A DNA stretch of 64,000 nt from a virus (taxonomy: Duplodnaviria > Heunggongvirae > Uroviricota > Caudoviricetes), in the IMG/VR virus record IMGVR_UViG_3300042456_000759; one strand, 5' to 3'. The notes beneath the pieces were generated by a model. It was not told the origin of the DNA. It searched no databases and was given only the letters and a program-made list of their open reading frames with translations. Each line of letters starts with the position of its first letter. Position 1 is the stretch's first letter. Below are positions 24,201 through 33,124 of this stretch, in pieces. Made by a program: the position numbers and the translations under genes.

Positions 24201-26325
24201 TATTTTAGACCAATATACTACAAGGGAAATTTTAGATACTCTTAATAAGTATATTAATATAGACACAATTCAAACTTTAAGACTAAAACTAAATATAGAG
24301 TATTTACCTTTGTCTAAAACAAACGAGAATAGAATACAGGGTTACTACGATGCCACAAATGATAAAGTAGTTATTATAGCTGCTAATGTCAAAAAAGAAG
24401 AAGCAGCTAAAGTAGCTATTCATGAAGTAGCACATAGAGGTATGCTTCGTATGGCTAAAGAATTAGGAGGTGTAAAGCAATTACATGACGCTCTTATAGG
24501 AGCAGAGCAAGAGTTAATAAAGAAGCTACCAGAACTTTTAAAAAGAACTGGACATACTTCTTTAGAAAATTTAATGATTGATTACGGCTTTGATAAAGAC
24601 AGTAGAGAGGGAAAGACAAAACTTCTTATGGAGCTTGCTGCAAGGTGGGCTGAAACTTTAGTTGATAAACCTAAACCTACTTGGTGGGTTAAATTACTGC
24701 AAAAACTTGGAGATTGGCTTAAAATATTTACTGGTAAAACTTTAACGGAAGATGAAGTTAACAGTCTTGTAGGAGGTTTTGTAAAATACGGGAGTAAAAA
24801 GAAAGAAAATAACTCAGAAGAATCAGAATCAGGAATGAAAGCTTTACCTACATTATCAAGCAATAAATCTCCTGTATATTCTGCTGTTTTTGTTGATACT
24901 AATGTTCTTATACAAAAATATGGTCAAGTTTATGAGAATTTATATTCTCATCATTCTACTATTGAATTTAAACCTAAAGATATAAGTAATCTTCCTATTG
25001 GTGATCCAATAGAAATTAAAATTATAGGAAGATTAACTACTGATAAATTAGATGTATTATTAGTTGATAATCCTCTTTCTAAGAATAAATATCCACATAT
25101 TACATTATCTACAATAAATGGTATAAGGCCAGTTGAAAGTAATTCAGAAATTGAAAAAAATCAAAAAAAGATAAAACCGTTAAATGATAGTATTGAAGGA
25201 ATAATAGGTTATTCTGATGGCGTTAAAAAAATTACAACTCCATTACCAAAAAAAGTAACACCTGCTGTTAAACAATCTATTATAAATAGAATTAATTCAT
25301 TTAATACATTAGAAGAATTAAATCAAGCCTGGGAGTCACCTAAATTTACAAATGATCAAAAAGCAGAATATAAAGAATATTTTACTAAACGTAAAGAAGT
25401 TATATTAGCTTATATGAAGAGAGCGGAAGACTTTAAAAACTATGTAAAAAATAACATAGGAATATTTAAAACTATTAAATTAGGTGAAAAATATACTGAA
25501 TTTGAAGCTCAAATCACAGGAAATATAAGCGGAGGCCAAATAGAAGTTAGAACTAATACAGGTAAAATTATTTTAGTTAATAGAAATCAAGTCATAGATA
25601 AAATAGAAACCTCTCCAAGTATTAATGTTGAACTTGAAAATTATGTAAATTCTAATAAGAATATATTTAAAACTGTAATATTAGGAGGGAAATATGAAAT
25701 ATTTGAAGCTCAAGTTACAGGAAAAATAAGTAAAGGAAAAGTAGAACTTAAAACTAATACAGGGAAATTAATACAAGCAAGTTTAGATCAATTAAGGGAT
25801 TTAAATAAATCTACTAATAATAAGGATTTATCAAGACTAAATCATAGATTATCTAAATTTGAGTTTTCTGATGAATTAAGAGTTCTATACGATCAATTAA
25901 TAGAATTATATAATTATGATACAAATAAAGTTCATAAAGATATTATTTCAAGATCAGATGTAATGTTTCAACCATATTTTGTTAATGAGCAGAATGAATT
26001 AGTTGGAGTATATTATTATGAATCAGAAACAAATCCTACCTTTGGCAGATTTGCTAAAAGTCTTTCAGATGCAAGAGCTAGTTTTTTAAGAAATGCTATG
26101 AATAATGGTTTTAAACTTAATATTATTCAAAAGTATTCTCCTTTAGCAAAATACTATCCTGCAAAACTTGTATCGTTTTATTATTCTTTAACTGAAGATC
26201 AATTAAAAAAAATTGATAGTATGTTAAAAAAAGAAGGGTATGAAAAGATAGAAGATTTATTTAATAATAAAATAGCTTTAATATCAGAAGATGATATTAT
26301 TGAAATATTAAAATGTCATATATAA
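21271..26325 (+). CDS. Polyvalent virion cargo protein (1684 aa): GNAT, ART-like, PcfJ-like, zincin, 2H phosphoesterase and tandem SH3-like repeats
   Basis: GNAT motif A-like EYQSKGYG; VYHG...IYFAP (ART-like); WCTA; HEVAH at 24421; HST and HIT motifs at 24952 and 25096; two 67-aa repeats starting at 25438 and 25639. Confidence 0.7.
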   Translation: MLCPIEQDKRWIKLLSFLKNRQKAIFYWNMYKENIPDYFYSDPSIISQIPESSEEVTNPSEAVPIKPAIEELFDSTPELANQVYKALGFNQSTFDTKEITLSKETSIGWMFIQLNNKKIGRVKFVNNGEKGQLGLSIEINDEYQSKGYGQIVHTLMADLAKKDYKSNLYSDYQNSSQEIQLLNSLVKKGYAEKIGDIGKASKEYPDSFVTEERAFRIKTSDEIQQITPQQKQQAISLYSQYLDTIFPDSKVKDIVYHGKNEGNSLDLTLYEKDHDIYFAPSKEEAEYWGGRPGKTGYLKKNTNPETFNIMINGRDANLEEKKEYLKKLFEIKITPAIINNPYSGITQTDDGRNLKEYSSKPEQIHILGSKRDIEGFKEFVSKKEVEGEKNNLTTHAKVLETTIKEQLPKEIADTITILETIPEEILGRDDLYLAMKDVLEANGITDPALINWLGINKGNKHPKNFTSEDQVKKLIEDTYNELLKQEYAEFKKNPIAKESYEKWKAALEKYPTWFKHPMLKHAIKYLNPQRRDKFVLQLSETALQNTYGLVIGKPHELNRIGKLYDKEVLAVVAEAGKHERSASGRGYWVHVPRTQQPLSDEGLVSYSEILKGLKDPSLIKTTFLYKNIRYFVEDNKIKKLLSDLTLSSEEVNLLIKDIENELTKAKNSQFKANVELLRKLSPATWCTATYNASYYVENFDNYILIVDGVTVVGIEAYPSLIKARFTRNENDSTYEKTFENEESLYEYAKKTNEEFVIQQSKKEVKEVTSVNNNGIASIDHLEDTIAFFEKHGLDTNNSTIQAAIKAKESGGEDKDFTYAEDNGDLDEYYNLAYGPYAEIEDRAAAINTLEEARTFLFERVGGTPNTEFYYALKPEFQADYELAKFTIEQSPQMIGNIESELPFYLELAKLAMQKDFSLFQYLTVEAKADPDNIAANEAFIVERNRRQAIYLQLPEQQKEEVNLIVNNLDGTEEEKARILDQYTTREILDTLNKYINIDTIQTLRLKLNIEYLPLSKTNENRIQGYYDATNDKVVIIAANVKKEEAAKVAIHEVAHRGMLRMAKELGGVKQLHDALIGAEQELIKKLPELLKRTGHTSLENLMIDYGFDKDSREGKTKLLMELAARWAETLVDKPKPTWWVKLLQKLGDWLKIFTGKTLTEDEVNSLVGGFVKYGSKKKENNSEESESGMKALPTLSSNKSPVYSAVFVDTNVLIQKYGQVYENLYSHHSTIEFKPKDISNLPIGDPIEIKIIGRLTTDKLDVLLVDNPLSKNKYPHITLSTINGIRPVESNSEIEKNQKKIKPLNDSIEGIIGYSDGVKKITTPLPKKVTPAVKQSIINRINSFNTLEELNQAWESPKFTNDQKAEYKEYFTKRKEVILAYMKRAEDFKNYVKNNIGIFKTIKLGEKYTEFEAQITGNISGGQIEVRTNTGKIILVNRNQVIDKIETSPSINVELENYVNSNKNIFKTVILGGKYEIFEAQVTGKISKGKVELKTNTGKLIQASLDQLRDLNKSTNNKDLSRLNHRLSKFEFSDELRVLYDQLIELYNYDTNKVHKDIISRSDVMFQPYFVNEQNELVGVYYYESETNPTFGRFAKSLSDARASFLRNAMNNGFKLNIIQKYSPLAKYYPAKLVSFYYSLTEDQLKKIDSMLKKEGYEKIEDLFNNKIALISEDDIIEILKCHI

Positions 26326-29300
26326 ATGAAGTGTATAAATAAAAGTCATCCTAATTTTTTAAAATTAGAAAAACGTTTAGGTAAATTAGGTGCAGAATTA
26401 GCGGTAAGACATTATTCTAGAGTTAAATCTAGAACAGGAGATTTTATATATCCTGAAGTTAAAGATTTAAATGCTTTTTATTCTTCATTTAAATCAGTAC
26501 AAGAAAGATTGATTTCTTCATTAGTAAGTTTAGATCCAAATATATCTAAAGGAGTTTTAATGCATGCTTTAACTGGAATTGTAACTGGTCCTCGAGAAAA
26601 GATTAAAGCTGATCATATTGTAATGGGTTTTAATGATAATAATCAATTAAAAAACCAGAATCTTGAAATCTTTCAAAGATTATCTAATTCATTTCCAGAT
26701 ATTTTTCAATTTAAAGAAGGAGGAATTAATTCACAACATGTTTATATAAGAGAAGGTAAATATAATCCTAACATATCTTTAGAAGAAATATCTAGTTATT
26801 TAACATTTGATAATTCTATTTCTGATTTTATAGGATCTTTAAAATCCATAAATAAAGCAAATCCTCGTTTTGAAGCAGCTTTAGAAGTTTTATTATATAA
26901 ATTAGAGTCTAAATTTAATATTTCTTGGAAATTTGATTATAGAACTCCCAAAAAAGGATATATTAAAGATGGGGTAGTTTATATTAATCCTAATTATGCA
27001 ACAGCTGATACAGCTATTCATGAATATTTACATCCATTTATAGAATTAGTAAGACTAAATAATAGTACTTTATACACTTTATTAAGTAATAAAGCTAAAA
27101 CACTTGAATATAACGGATCTAAATTAATAGATCAAATTAAATTATCTTATCCTGAATATTCTGAACAAGCTTTAATTTATGAAACAATTGTAACTGCCGC
27201 AGGTTTAATATCTACAGGAGAATTAACTGAACCAGTAGTTCAATCTTATTCTCTCTTTGATTTAATTGATAGAGTTGTTTCATTTTTTATGAAACTATTT
27301 GGAAAAATAAAAGACTTTGAAGTAAATCTATCTACTCCATTAACTACATTATTAAATGGATTTTTAAATGATGATTTTTCTGTTAATTTGAAAGACTATG
27401 CTTTTGCAGCTGATCAACGTTTATCTCCTACAGAAGTTAATAAAGTATTAGATGATATAAATGATAATATTGAAGTAACCTTTGTAAAAGGTGAATTAGA
27501 TATAGATGAGCCAAAACGTAAATATATTGATAAACGTAGTCAGCAAATATTTAAATCTGTGCATGAAGCTATTATAGATGTCTTTTATAAACAAACTTTT
27601 AAAAAAACATTTTCTCCAACAGAAAAAAGTGAATATTTAAAGAATGTAGGAACTGTTTTTCATAATTATATAGAACAATTATTATCTGATAAATTTACTA
27701 TTGTAGATAAAGATGGTTATTTGAATGAAAATTTAAAGAAATTAAGTTCAGAAGAAAGAAGTGAAGCAATTCAAGACATGTTAATGAGTTTAGTAAATGA
27801 TTTTGCTATTACTTCTCCAGAAGATGAAAATAAAATATTATTAGATTCTGATGCAGCTAATATATTAAAAACAGTTGTTGCTGAGTTTTTACCAGGAATG
27901 ATTGAATTTTACATTCAAAGACATGGAATAGATGTTCAATTTAGAACTGAACAAAAAGTAATTAATCCTGAAACAGGAATAGCTGGTACTATAGATTTAT
28001 TAGTTTTAGGTAATGGAAGTTTTTCTATTGTAGATTGGAAGACTTTATCTGCTAGTAGATATGATAAGTATAATACTACCTTTAGAGAAATTGAAATATT
28101 ATCAGATAAAAAAGAAACAGCTTATGCTTTACAGTTATCAGAGTATGCTAAAATGGTTAAACGATTAACTGGATTAGAATTTATTGATGGTAGAGCTATA
28201 CCTGTAGGTCTTTTTGTAGGTAAAAAGAGTGAATTCAACATATTTACAGGAGAATATGATAAATCTGATGATTATACATTAAATTCTTTTAATCCTGATA
28301 GAGATCCTATTACAATTCAACCTTTTGGATCCACTGAAATTAAACAAGAAGGGGAAGTTCCTCAACGTTACTTACTACCAATTATTGTATCTGATGAGAA
28401 TGAAGATCATATTAATACATTAATTAATAAGCTTGAATCATTATTACAGAACTATATTAAACAACAAGAAGAATCTAGAGAAGATAGAGAATTCTTAAAA
28501 TCTTTAAGATTTAGAGAAATTAGAAAGATTATTCAGGATTTAAAAGTCAGAAAAAGTGCTGATGCTGCTAAAAGACGTATTAACATGTTAATATCGGAAG
28601 CAGAAAAAGAGTTAACTAAAAAAACTGAAGACATTAATCTAAAGAAAATACAAGATTTAATTTATGAATTAAATGTATATAGTAACTTATCTACTTATTT
28701 TCCTTTAGAAGATCAAGATAACACAGAAGATAAAAATGCTTTAGCTTTATTAGAAAGAAAGATATTTTTAAGTGTAAAAAGTTTAAAAAATCTTAGAAAT
28801 CAGATATTATCTGAACAAGCTCAAGGTTTTGGTATATATAATTTAACAAGTAATGAAAAAGCATATACAGGTGCTAAAAGGCATTTTAGAGAGTTTTCTG
28901 CTATATCAGATGTAAAAACAATAGCTTTTTTAAATGCAAAACAAACATTATTATTTAATAAAGCTAATATTGAGAAATTAAAACATTTTAAGAATCTTAA
29001 TGAGTTTTCTAAATTATCCCAATCAGATTTTAATTATTTCTTTCAAAAGAACAGACAAGGAAAAAGAATTCCAAAGTTAATAGCTAAAATTGATAAAGGT
29101 AAAATATTAGCTGAAGCTAATGGATTTGAAACTTTAGATGAGTTATATGCTTTTGAAGATGATAATTTTATTAGAAATGATGAAGCTTATCAAAAAGCTA
29201 AAAACGCATATCGAGATTTTTTAATGTCTACATTAGATTTTATAGATGTAGAATTAGAAGAAGAAACCGAGGAGGAATATTATCATAATCAAGCATTACG

Positions 29301-31686
29301 AGATAAATTAAATCAATTGCTAGATGTTTGGGAGCTTGAAAATAACAAAGCTTTTATTGAAAGAGAAGGTGTAATAACAAATATTAATTGGAGATTTTTT
29401 AATTTAACTGAAGAAGCCGAAAGTAAGTTTCATACTAAAGATTATATTAAATTAAAAGAATCTGAAGACAGAGTCAATTTATATAATACTCTTATAGATA
29501 TAAATACTAAAGCATTTGAAGAAGGTTTAATCCCTAATAAATTTACTTTCTATCCATCAGCTTATGCTACAATAACTGAAAAAGTACAGGATAAGAACTT
29601 TTCAGATATATCTCTTCAGAATTATTATAGAAAACTAAAAGAGAATATTAATGATGAAGATAGTTTGGCTGAGACTATTATAAATCCTATTACAGGTGAA
29701 GAAGAGTTAGTTATTCCTAAATTATTCCAACAAGATATATCTAATATTAAAGAAAAAGATTTATTTTCTAAAATAATTAGCTTAGATGATGAAGATTTTG
29801 CAGTTAGACTGGAAGAATATGGATTAAGAAAAACGTTAGAAACTTTTGATTTTACTATTGATGAGATAAATAAAGTTTTAAATTTAGGATTTGATCCAAA
29901 ATCAAAAGTCATTGATAAATATGATATTATTAATGAATTAAAAGATTATAGCAATCAATCATTTAATTTATTAAAAGTATATTCATTATTTTCTTCTCAT
30001 TTAGAAGAATTTAAAGCCAAACAATCCTTAGAAGAATTATCTAGAATTTTAATTGAAATTGAAAAAGATAAAGAAAATCTTCAAGTTAATAAAGATGGAA
30101 ATATAGTATATAGTACAAATATTTCTGGTGAAAAGATTCCTCAAGTTATTAAAGGACATAATGAAAATACTGAATTATTAAGACGTTTTATTAATTATTC
30201 AGTATATGGTAAATCAGGATTTTCAGAATTAGCAAAGTTTGCAGGTAACACTATCTTAAATACTAATATCTCTACAGTTAAAACTGTTAAAAAGTTAATG
30301 GCTTGGAGAAGTATGACTACATTAGGTTTTAATATTTTGTCAGCTAGTTCAGCTTTATTTGGAGGTATGTCCAATCTTTTATTAGAAGCCAATAGAAATG
30401 GATATTTTACAAAGTCAGATATAGCTTCTTCCAAAGTAAGTTTAGCAAACTCACTATTAAACGATACAGCAAAGGAAAGAATGAGATTATTAGATTCAAT
30501 TGACTCTTTTATTGAAGATTCAGATAGAATTAGAGGTAATAAACTTTCAAAAGTAACGTTTGAGAAACATTTTACTCAGGAAAAGTTATATTTCATGTTA
30601 AGAAATGTAGATAAATACATTCAAAATGTAATAGGTTTATCTACTTTGAATAATTTTATTCTTAGAAATAATGAATTATATAATATTAGAGATTTAGCTA
30701 AAGAAGAATTAAATTATGAGGCTCAGTTTAATAATATGATGAGTCTTAAAGAATTTGAAAATGTTAGTAAATTAGATATAGAACTAGAAAATAAAATAAA
30801 AGAATTACAAAAAGAATCCTTATTTAACAATCCTTCTGTTGAATTATCAGAAGATCATATTATTAAATTAAGACCTTTGATTCAAAAATTAACTACAAAA
30901 GTCATAGGTAATGCTTCACATGAGGATAAAAATGCGTTTGGATTAAGTGCATTAGGTGTAATATCTATGCAATTTAAAAATTGGATGCCTAGATTAGTTA
31001 CAGAAAGATTTGGTGATCCTGAAATAGATAATGTAACTAAACGATTAAATTGGGGAAAATATATGACGTTTAAAGATTTAATAGGAAAGGATTTTTTACA
31101 ATTAACAAAAGCAGCATTTTCTCAAATGAATGAAGTTTCTTATGAAAAAATCCTAACAAAATATAATAACTTAAAAGAACAACATTTATTAAATGGAGGA
31201 TCAGAAAATAACTTTATTTCTTTTTCAGATTTTACTCATGTATATATAAATAATATTAGATCTACTTTTAAAGAATTATTAATTATAACTAGTTTACTGA
31301 TAGCTATGTTATCCATAGGAATGGCCTGGGATGATGATGAACCTAAGTCTGGTTATCAAAGATTAGTATTAAATATGTTAGGTAAATTTAAAAATGAGTT
31401 AACCTTCTATATAAATCCTGTTTCTTTTACAGATTTAGTAAATAAACCTTTCCCAGTAGTTCAGACATTAGTAGATGGAATGAGATTTGGAGAACATATG
31501 ACTCGATATAGCTTTAATCAAGTTCAAAATATTTTCACGAATGATGAACAAGAAGATTTAGAAAAAACCCACCCTTTTAAATATTTTAGTAAATTATTTC
31601 CAATTTCTAAAGAAATGATGAATTGGATGGCTATTATAGATGAAGATTTTAGAAAAAAACATAATATAACTTTAAGATATAATTAA
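26326..31686 (+). CDS. Polyvalent virion cargo protein (1786 aa) with zincin and PD-(D/E)XK (RecB/Cas4-like) nuclease domains
   Basis: HEYLH at 27019-27033; GTVFHNYIE...TEQ...GTIDLL...IVDWKT...QLSEY nuclease motifs at about 27650-28150. Helical C-terminal region with a hydrophobic segment (LLIITSLLIAMLSIGMAW). Confidence 0.7.
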   Translation: MKCINKSHPNFLKLEKRLGKLGAELAVRHYSRVKSRTGDFIYPEVKDLNAFYSSFKSVQERLISSLVSLDPNISKGVLMHALTGIVTGPREKIKADHIVMGFNDNNQLKNQNLEIFQRLSNSFPDIFQFKEGGINSQHVYIREGKYNPNISLEEISSYLTFDNSISDFIGSLKSINKANPRFEAALEVLLYKLESKFNISWKFDYRTPKKGYIKDGVVYINPNYATADTAIHEYLHPFIELVRLNNSTLYTLLSNKAKTLEYNGSKLIDQIKLSYPEYSEQALIYETIVTAAGLISTGELTEPVVQSYSLFDLIDRVVSFFMKLFGKIKDFEVNLSTPLTTLLNGFLNDDFSVNLKDYAFAADQRLSPTEVNKVLDDINDNIEVTFVKGELDIDEPKRKYIDKRSQQIFKSVHEAIIDVFYKQTFKKTFSPTEKSEYLKNVGTVFHNYIEQLLSDKFTIVDKDGYLNENLKKLSSEERSEAIQDMLMSLVNDFAITSPEDENKILLDSDAANILKTVVAEFLPGMIEFYIQRHGIDVQFRTEQKVINPETGIAGTIDLLVLGNGSFSIVDWKTLSASRYDKYNTTFREIEILSDKKETAYALQLSEYAKMVKRLTGLEFIDGRAIPVGLFVGKKSEFNIFTGEYDKSDDYTLNSFNPDRDPITIQPFGSTEIKQEGEVPQRYLLPIIVSDENEDHINTLINKLESLLQNYIKQQEESREDREFLKSLRFREIRKIIQDLKVRKSADAAKRRINMLISEAEKELTKKTEDINLKKIQDLIYELNVYSNLSTYFPLEDQDNTEDKNALALLERKIFLSVKSLKNLRNQILSEQAQGFGIYNLTSNEKAYTGAKRHFREFSAISDVKTIAFLNAKQTLLFNKANIEKLKHFKNLNEFSKLSQSDFNYFFQKNRQGKRIPKLIAKIDKGKILAEANGFETLDELYAFEDDNFIRNDEAYQKAKNAYRDFLMSTLDFIDVELEEETEEEYYHNQALRDKLNQLLDVWELENNKAFIEREGVITNINWRFFNLTEEAESKFHTKDYIKLKESEDRVNLYNTLIDINTKAFEEGLIPNKFTFYPSAYATITEKVQDKNFSDISLQNYYRKLKENINDEDSLAETIINPITGEEELVIPKLFQQDISNIKEKDLFSKIISLDDEDFAVRLEEYGLRKTLETFDFTIDEINKVLNLGFDPKSKVIDKYDIINELKDYSNQSFNLLKVYSLFSSHLEEFKAKQSLEELSRILIEIEKDKENLQVNKDGNIVYSTNISGEKIPQVIKGHNENTELLRRFINYSVYGKSGFSELAKFAGNTILNTNISTVKTVKKLMAWRSMTTLGFNILSASSALFGGMSNLLLEANRNGYFTKSDIASSKVSLANSLLNDTAKERMRLLDSIDSFIEDSDRIRGNKLSKVTFEKHFTQEKLYFMLRNVDKYIQNVIGLSTLNNFILRNNELYNIRDLAKEELNYEAQFNNMMSLKEFENVSKLDIELENKIKELQKESLFNNPSVELSEDHIIKLRPLIQKLTTKVIGNASHEDKNAFGLSALGVISMQFKNWMPRLVTERFGDPEIDNVTKRLNWGKYMTFKDLIGKDFLQLTKAAFSQMNEVSYEKILTKYNNLKEQHLLNGGSENNFISFSDFTHVYINNIRSTFKELLIITSLLIAMLSIGMAWDDDEPKSGYQRLVLNMLGKFKNELTFYINPVSFTDLVNKPFPVVQTLVDGMRFGEHMTRYSFNQVQNIFTNDEQEDLEKTHPFKYFSKLFPISKEMMNWMAIIDEDFRKKHNITLRYN

Positions 31687-31687
31687 T

Positions 31688-31924
31688 ATGTTAATAAATG
31701 TAGAACTCCCTAATGGAATGACTGTTAAAGTAGAATCCGATTGGTTTTATTTATTATCAGATAATGAATTAGAAAAATTTTATGATAATCAAACAGTAAA
31801 TTTTGAATATCATCAAATAATTAAAAACCCATTTGATAACTCAGCTTTAGAAGTTTTTAAACAAGATGCTGAAGATGAATTTGAAGATTTAGATATCTCT
31901 ATAGATTATATAGAAGAAGATTAA
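31688..31924 (+). CDS. Small acidic hypothetical protein (78 aa)
   Basis: ORF directly after the cargo operon; D/E-rich C-terminus. Confidence 0.55.
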   Translation: MLINVELPNGMTVKVESDWFYLLSDNELEKFYDNQTVNFEYHQIIKNPFDNSALEVFKQDAEDEFEDLDISIDYIEED

Positions 31925-31958
31925 TTTTTAAAATTAATATACTTTATAGATTAAAAAT

Positions 31959-31972
31959 CAGTAACTTATATT
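31959..31972 (+). promoter_or_regulatory. Possible promoter box (GTAACTTATATT) upstream of the lysis/fibre operon
   Basis: Intergenic. Differs by one base from GTATCTTATATT upstream of nrdJ on the - strand, and resembles the Bacteroidota TAnnTTTG element. Confidence 0.3.
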
Positions 31973-32040
31973 ATAGTTAGTGTCATATACACTAAGGAAT
32001 TATTATTCCTAAGATTTACTCTTATTTTAAAATAAATACT

Positions 32041-32415
32041 ATGCAAAGTTCATTACATACAGCTACAGCTCAGAAATTACTTTCTGATATACGAGGTATA
32101 TTAGGTCAAGGATTTAAACAATTATGTTGTAAATTAGAACCAACTCCAGATGGGGTTAGTTTAGCCCATTTTGATTCTTTTTTAGGAAATAGTGCTATTA
32201 TGAGTGGTATAATTGGGAATACTTTTTCTATTTTTAAATTAACTAATCAAGTTGTACAGTTAAATACAAGTATAGGAACTGTTATTCTTCCTGCTGGTCC
32301 TACTTTCTATCAAACTCCTGTTTATACAAATCCATTTTATATTGGTTCAGTAACTATATTATCAGGAGGAGGTACTTTAACAGATATTACTATTGTTTCT
32401 AGTTTATTACATTAA
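32041..32415 (+). CDS. Hypothetical, probable structural protein (124 aa)
   Basis: Beta-rich ORF with a CC doublet, at the head of the second + strand operon. Confidence 0.5.
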   Translation: MQSSLHTATAQKLLSDIRGILGQGFKQLCCKLEPTPDGVSLAHFDSFLGNSAIMSGIIGNTFSIFKLTNQVVQLNTSIGTVILPAGPTFYQTPVYTNPFYIGSVTILSGGGTLTDITIVSSLLH

Positions 32416-32423
32416 TTTTATTT

Positions 32424-32810
32424 ATGTTTCAAGGTTTAATAAATATATGGAAATACTTTATAAAACTGAAAGCTGAAAAACAAATAATAGGCGTAATTGG
32501 AGGAGCTTTATTATTTATTGGTTTCTTGTTTTTTAAAGAAAGAAGTTCTAATTTAAATAGTTCTAATGAATATAAAAAACATATTCAAAAAATGAACGAT
32601 ACTTGTCAATTAGAAAAGAAAGAGCTTCAAAGACAGGTTGCTTATTGGAAAGATTCATTAGCTTCTGAGAAGTTATTTAATGCTATTAATGAAATAAATG
32701 AAATGAAAAAAATAGCTAATGACGTTAAAGTTATTGAAAATAGAGTTTCTAAAAAGACTCAAGAAATAAAACAAAAACAATCTAATTTATTAAAAAAAAT
32801 AAATAAATAA
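32424..32810 (+). CDS. Membrane-anchored coiled-coil protein (holin/spanin-like)
   Basis: One hydrophobic segment (IIGVIGGALLFIGFLFF) followed by a coiled coil; two genes upstream of the endolysin. Confidence 0.45.
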   Translation: MFQGLINIWKYFIKLKAEKQIIGVIGGALLFIGFLFFKERSSNLNSSNEYKKHIQKMNDTCQLEKKELQRQVAYWKDSLASEKLFNAINEINEMKKIANDVKVIENRVSKKTQEIKQKQSNLLKKINK

Positions 32811-33122
32811 ATGAAAAATTTATTAGTTTCTGTGTCTAGTTCTTTATTGGCTTTTATTGCTTTAGGTTTATTATCAAATAAACAACCTACTATTAATCAA
32901 GTTGATATACAACCCATTTATGGACCTCAATTAAAAATAAGTTCTAATAAACTTCTTGATTCAATAGAAAATTTTAAAATATCAAAACATAATCAATATG
33001 AATCTCAGATTAAAAAGTCATTTGAGAATGTTAAAAATCAAGAAAAGAAACAAGAAGAACTTAATATGTCAATTGATTCGATATCTTGCATGGTTGATAC
33101 TAGTAGTTCTATAAATAAGTAA
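32811..33122 (+). CDS. Membrane-anchored or secreted protein in lysis cassette
   Basis: N-terminal hydrophobic stretch (LLVSVSSSLLAFIALGLL); adjacent to the endolysin. Confidence 0.4.
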   Translation: MKNLLVSVSSSLLAFIALGLLSNKQPTINQVDIQPIYGPQLKISSNKLLDSIENFKISKHNQYESQIKKSFENVKNQEKKQEELNMSIDSISCMVDTSSSINK

Positions 33123-33124
33123 AA

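Noticed and set aside
1076-30434. Short - strand ORFs 1076..1270, 1833..2027, 2908..3111, 10329..10511, 10490..10765, 18587..18772, 23308..23610, 24582..24863, 29625..29912 and 30195..30434
   Set aside because: All lie antisense within long + strand genes. They have the S/F/I/L-rich composition of shadow frames and no recognisable motifs.
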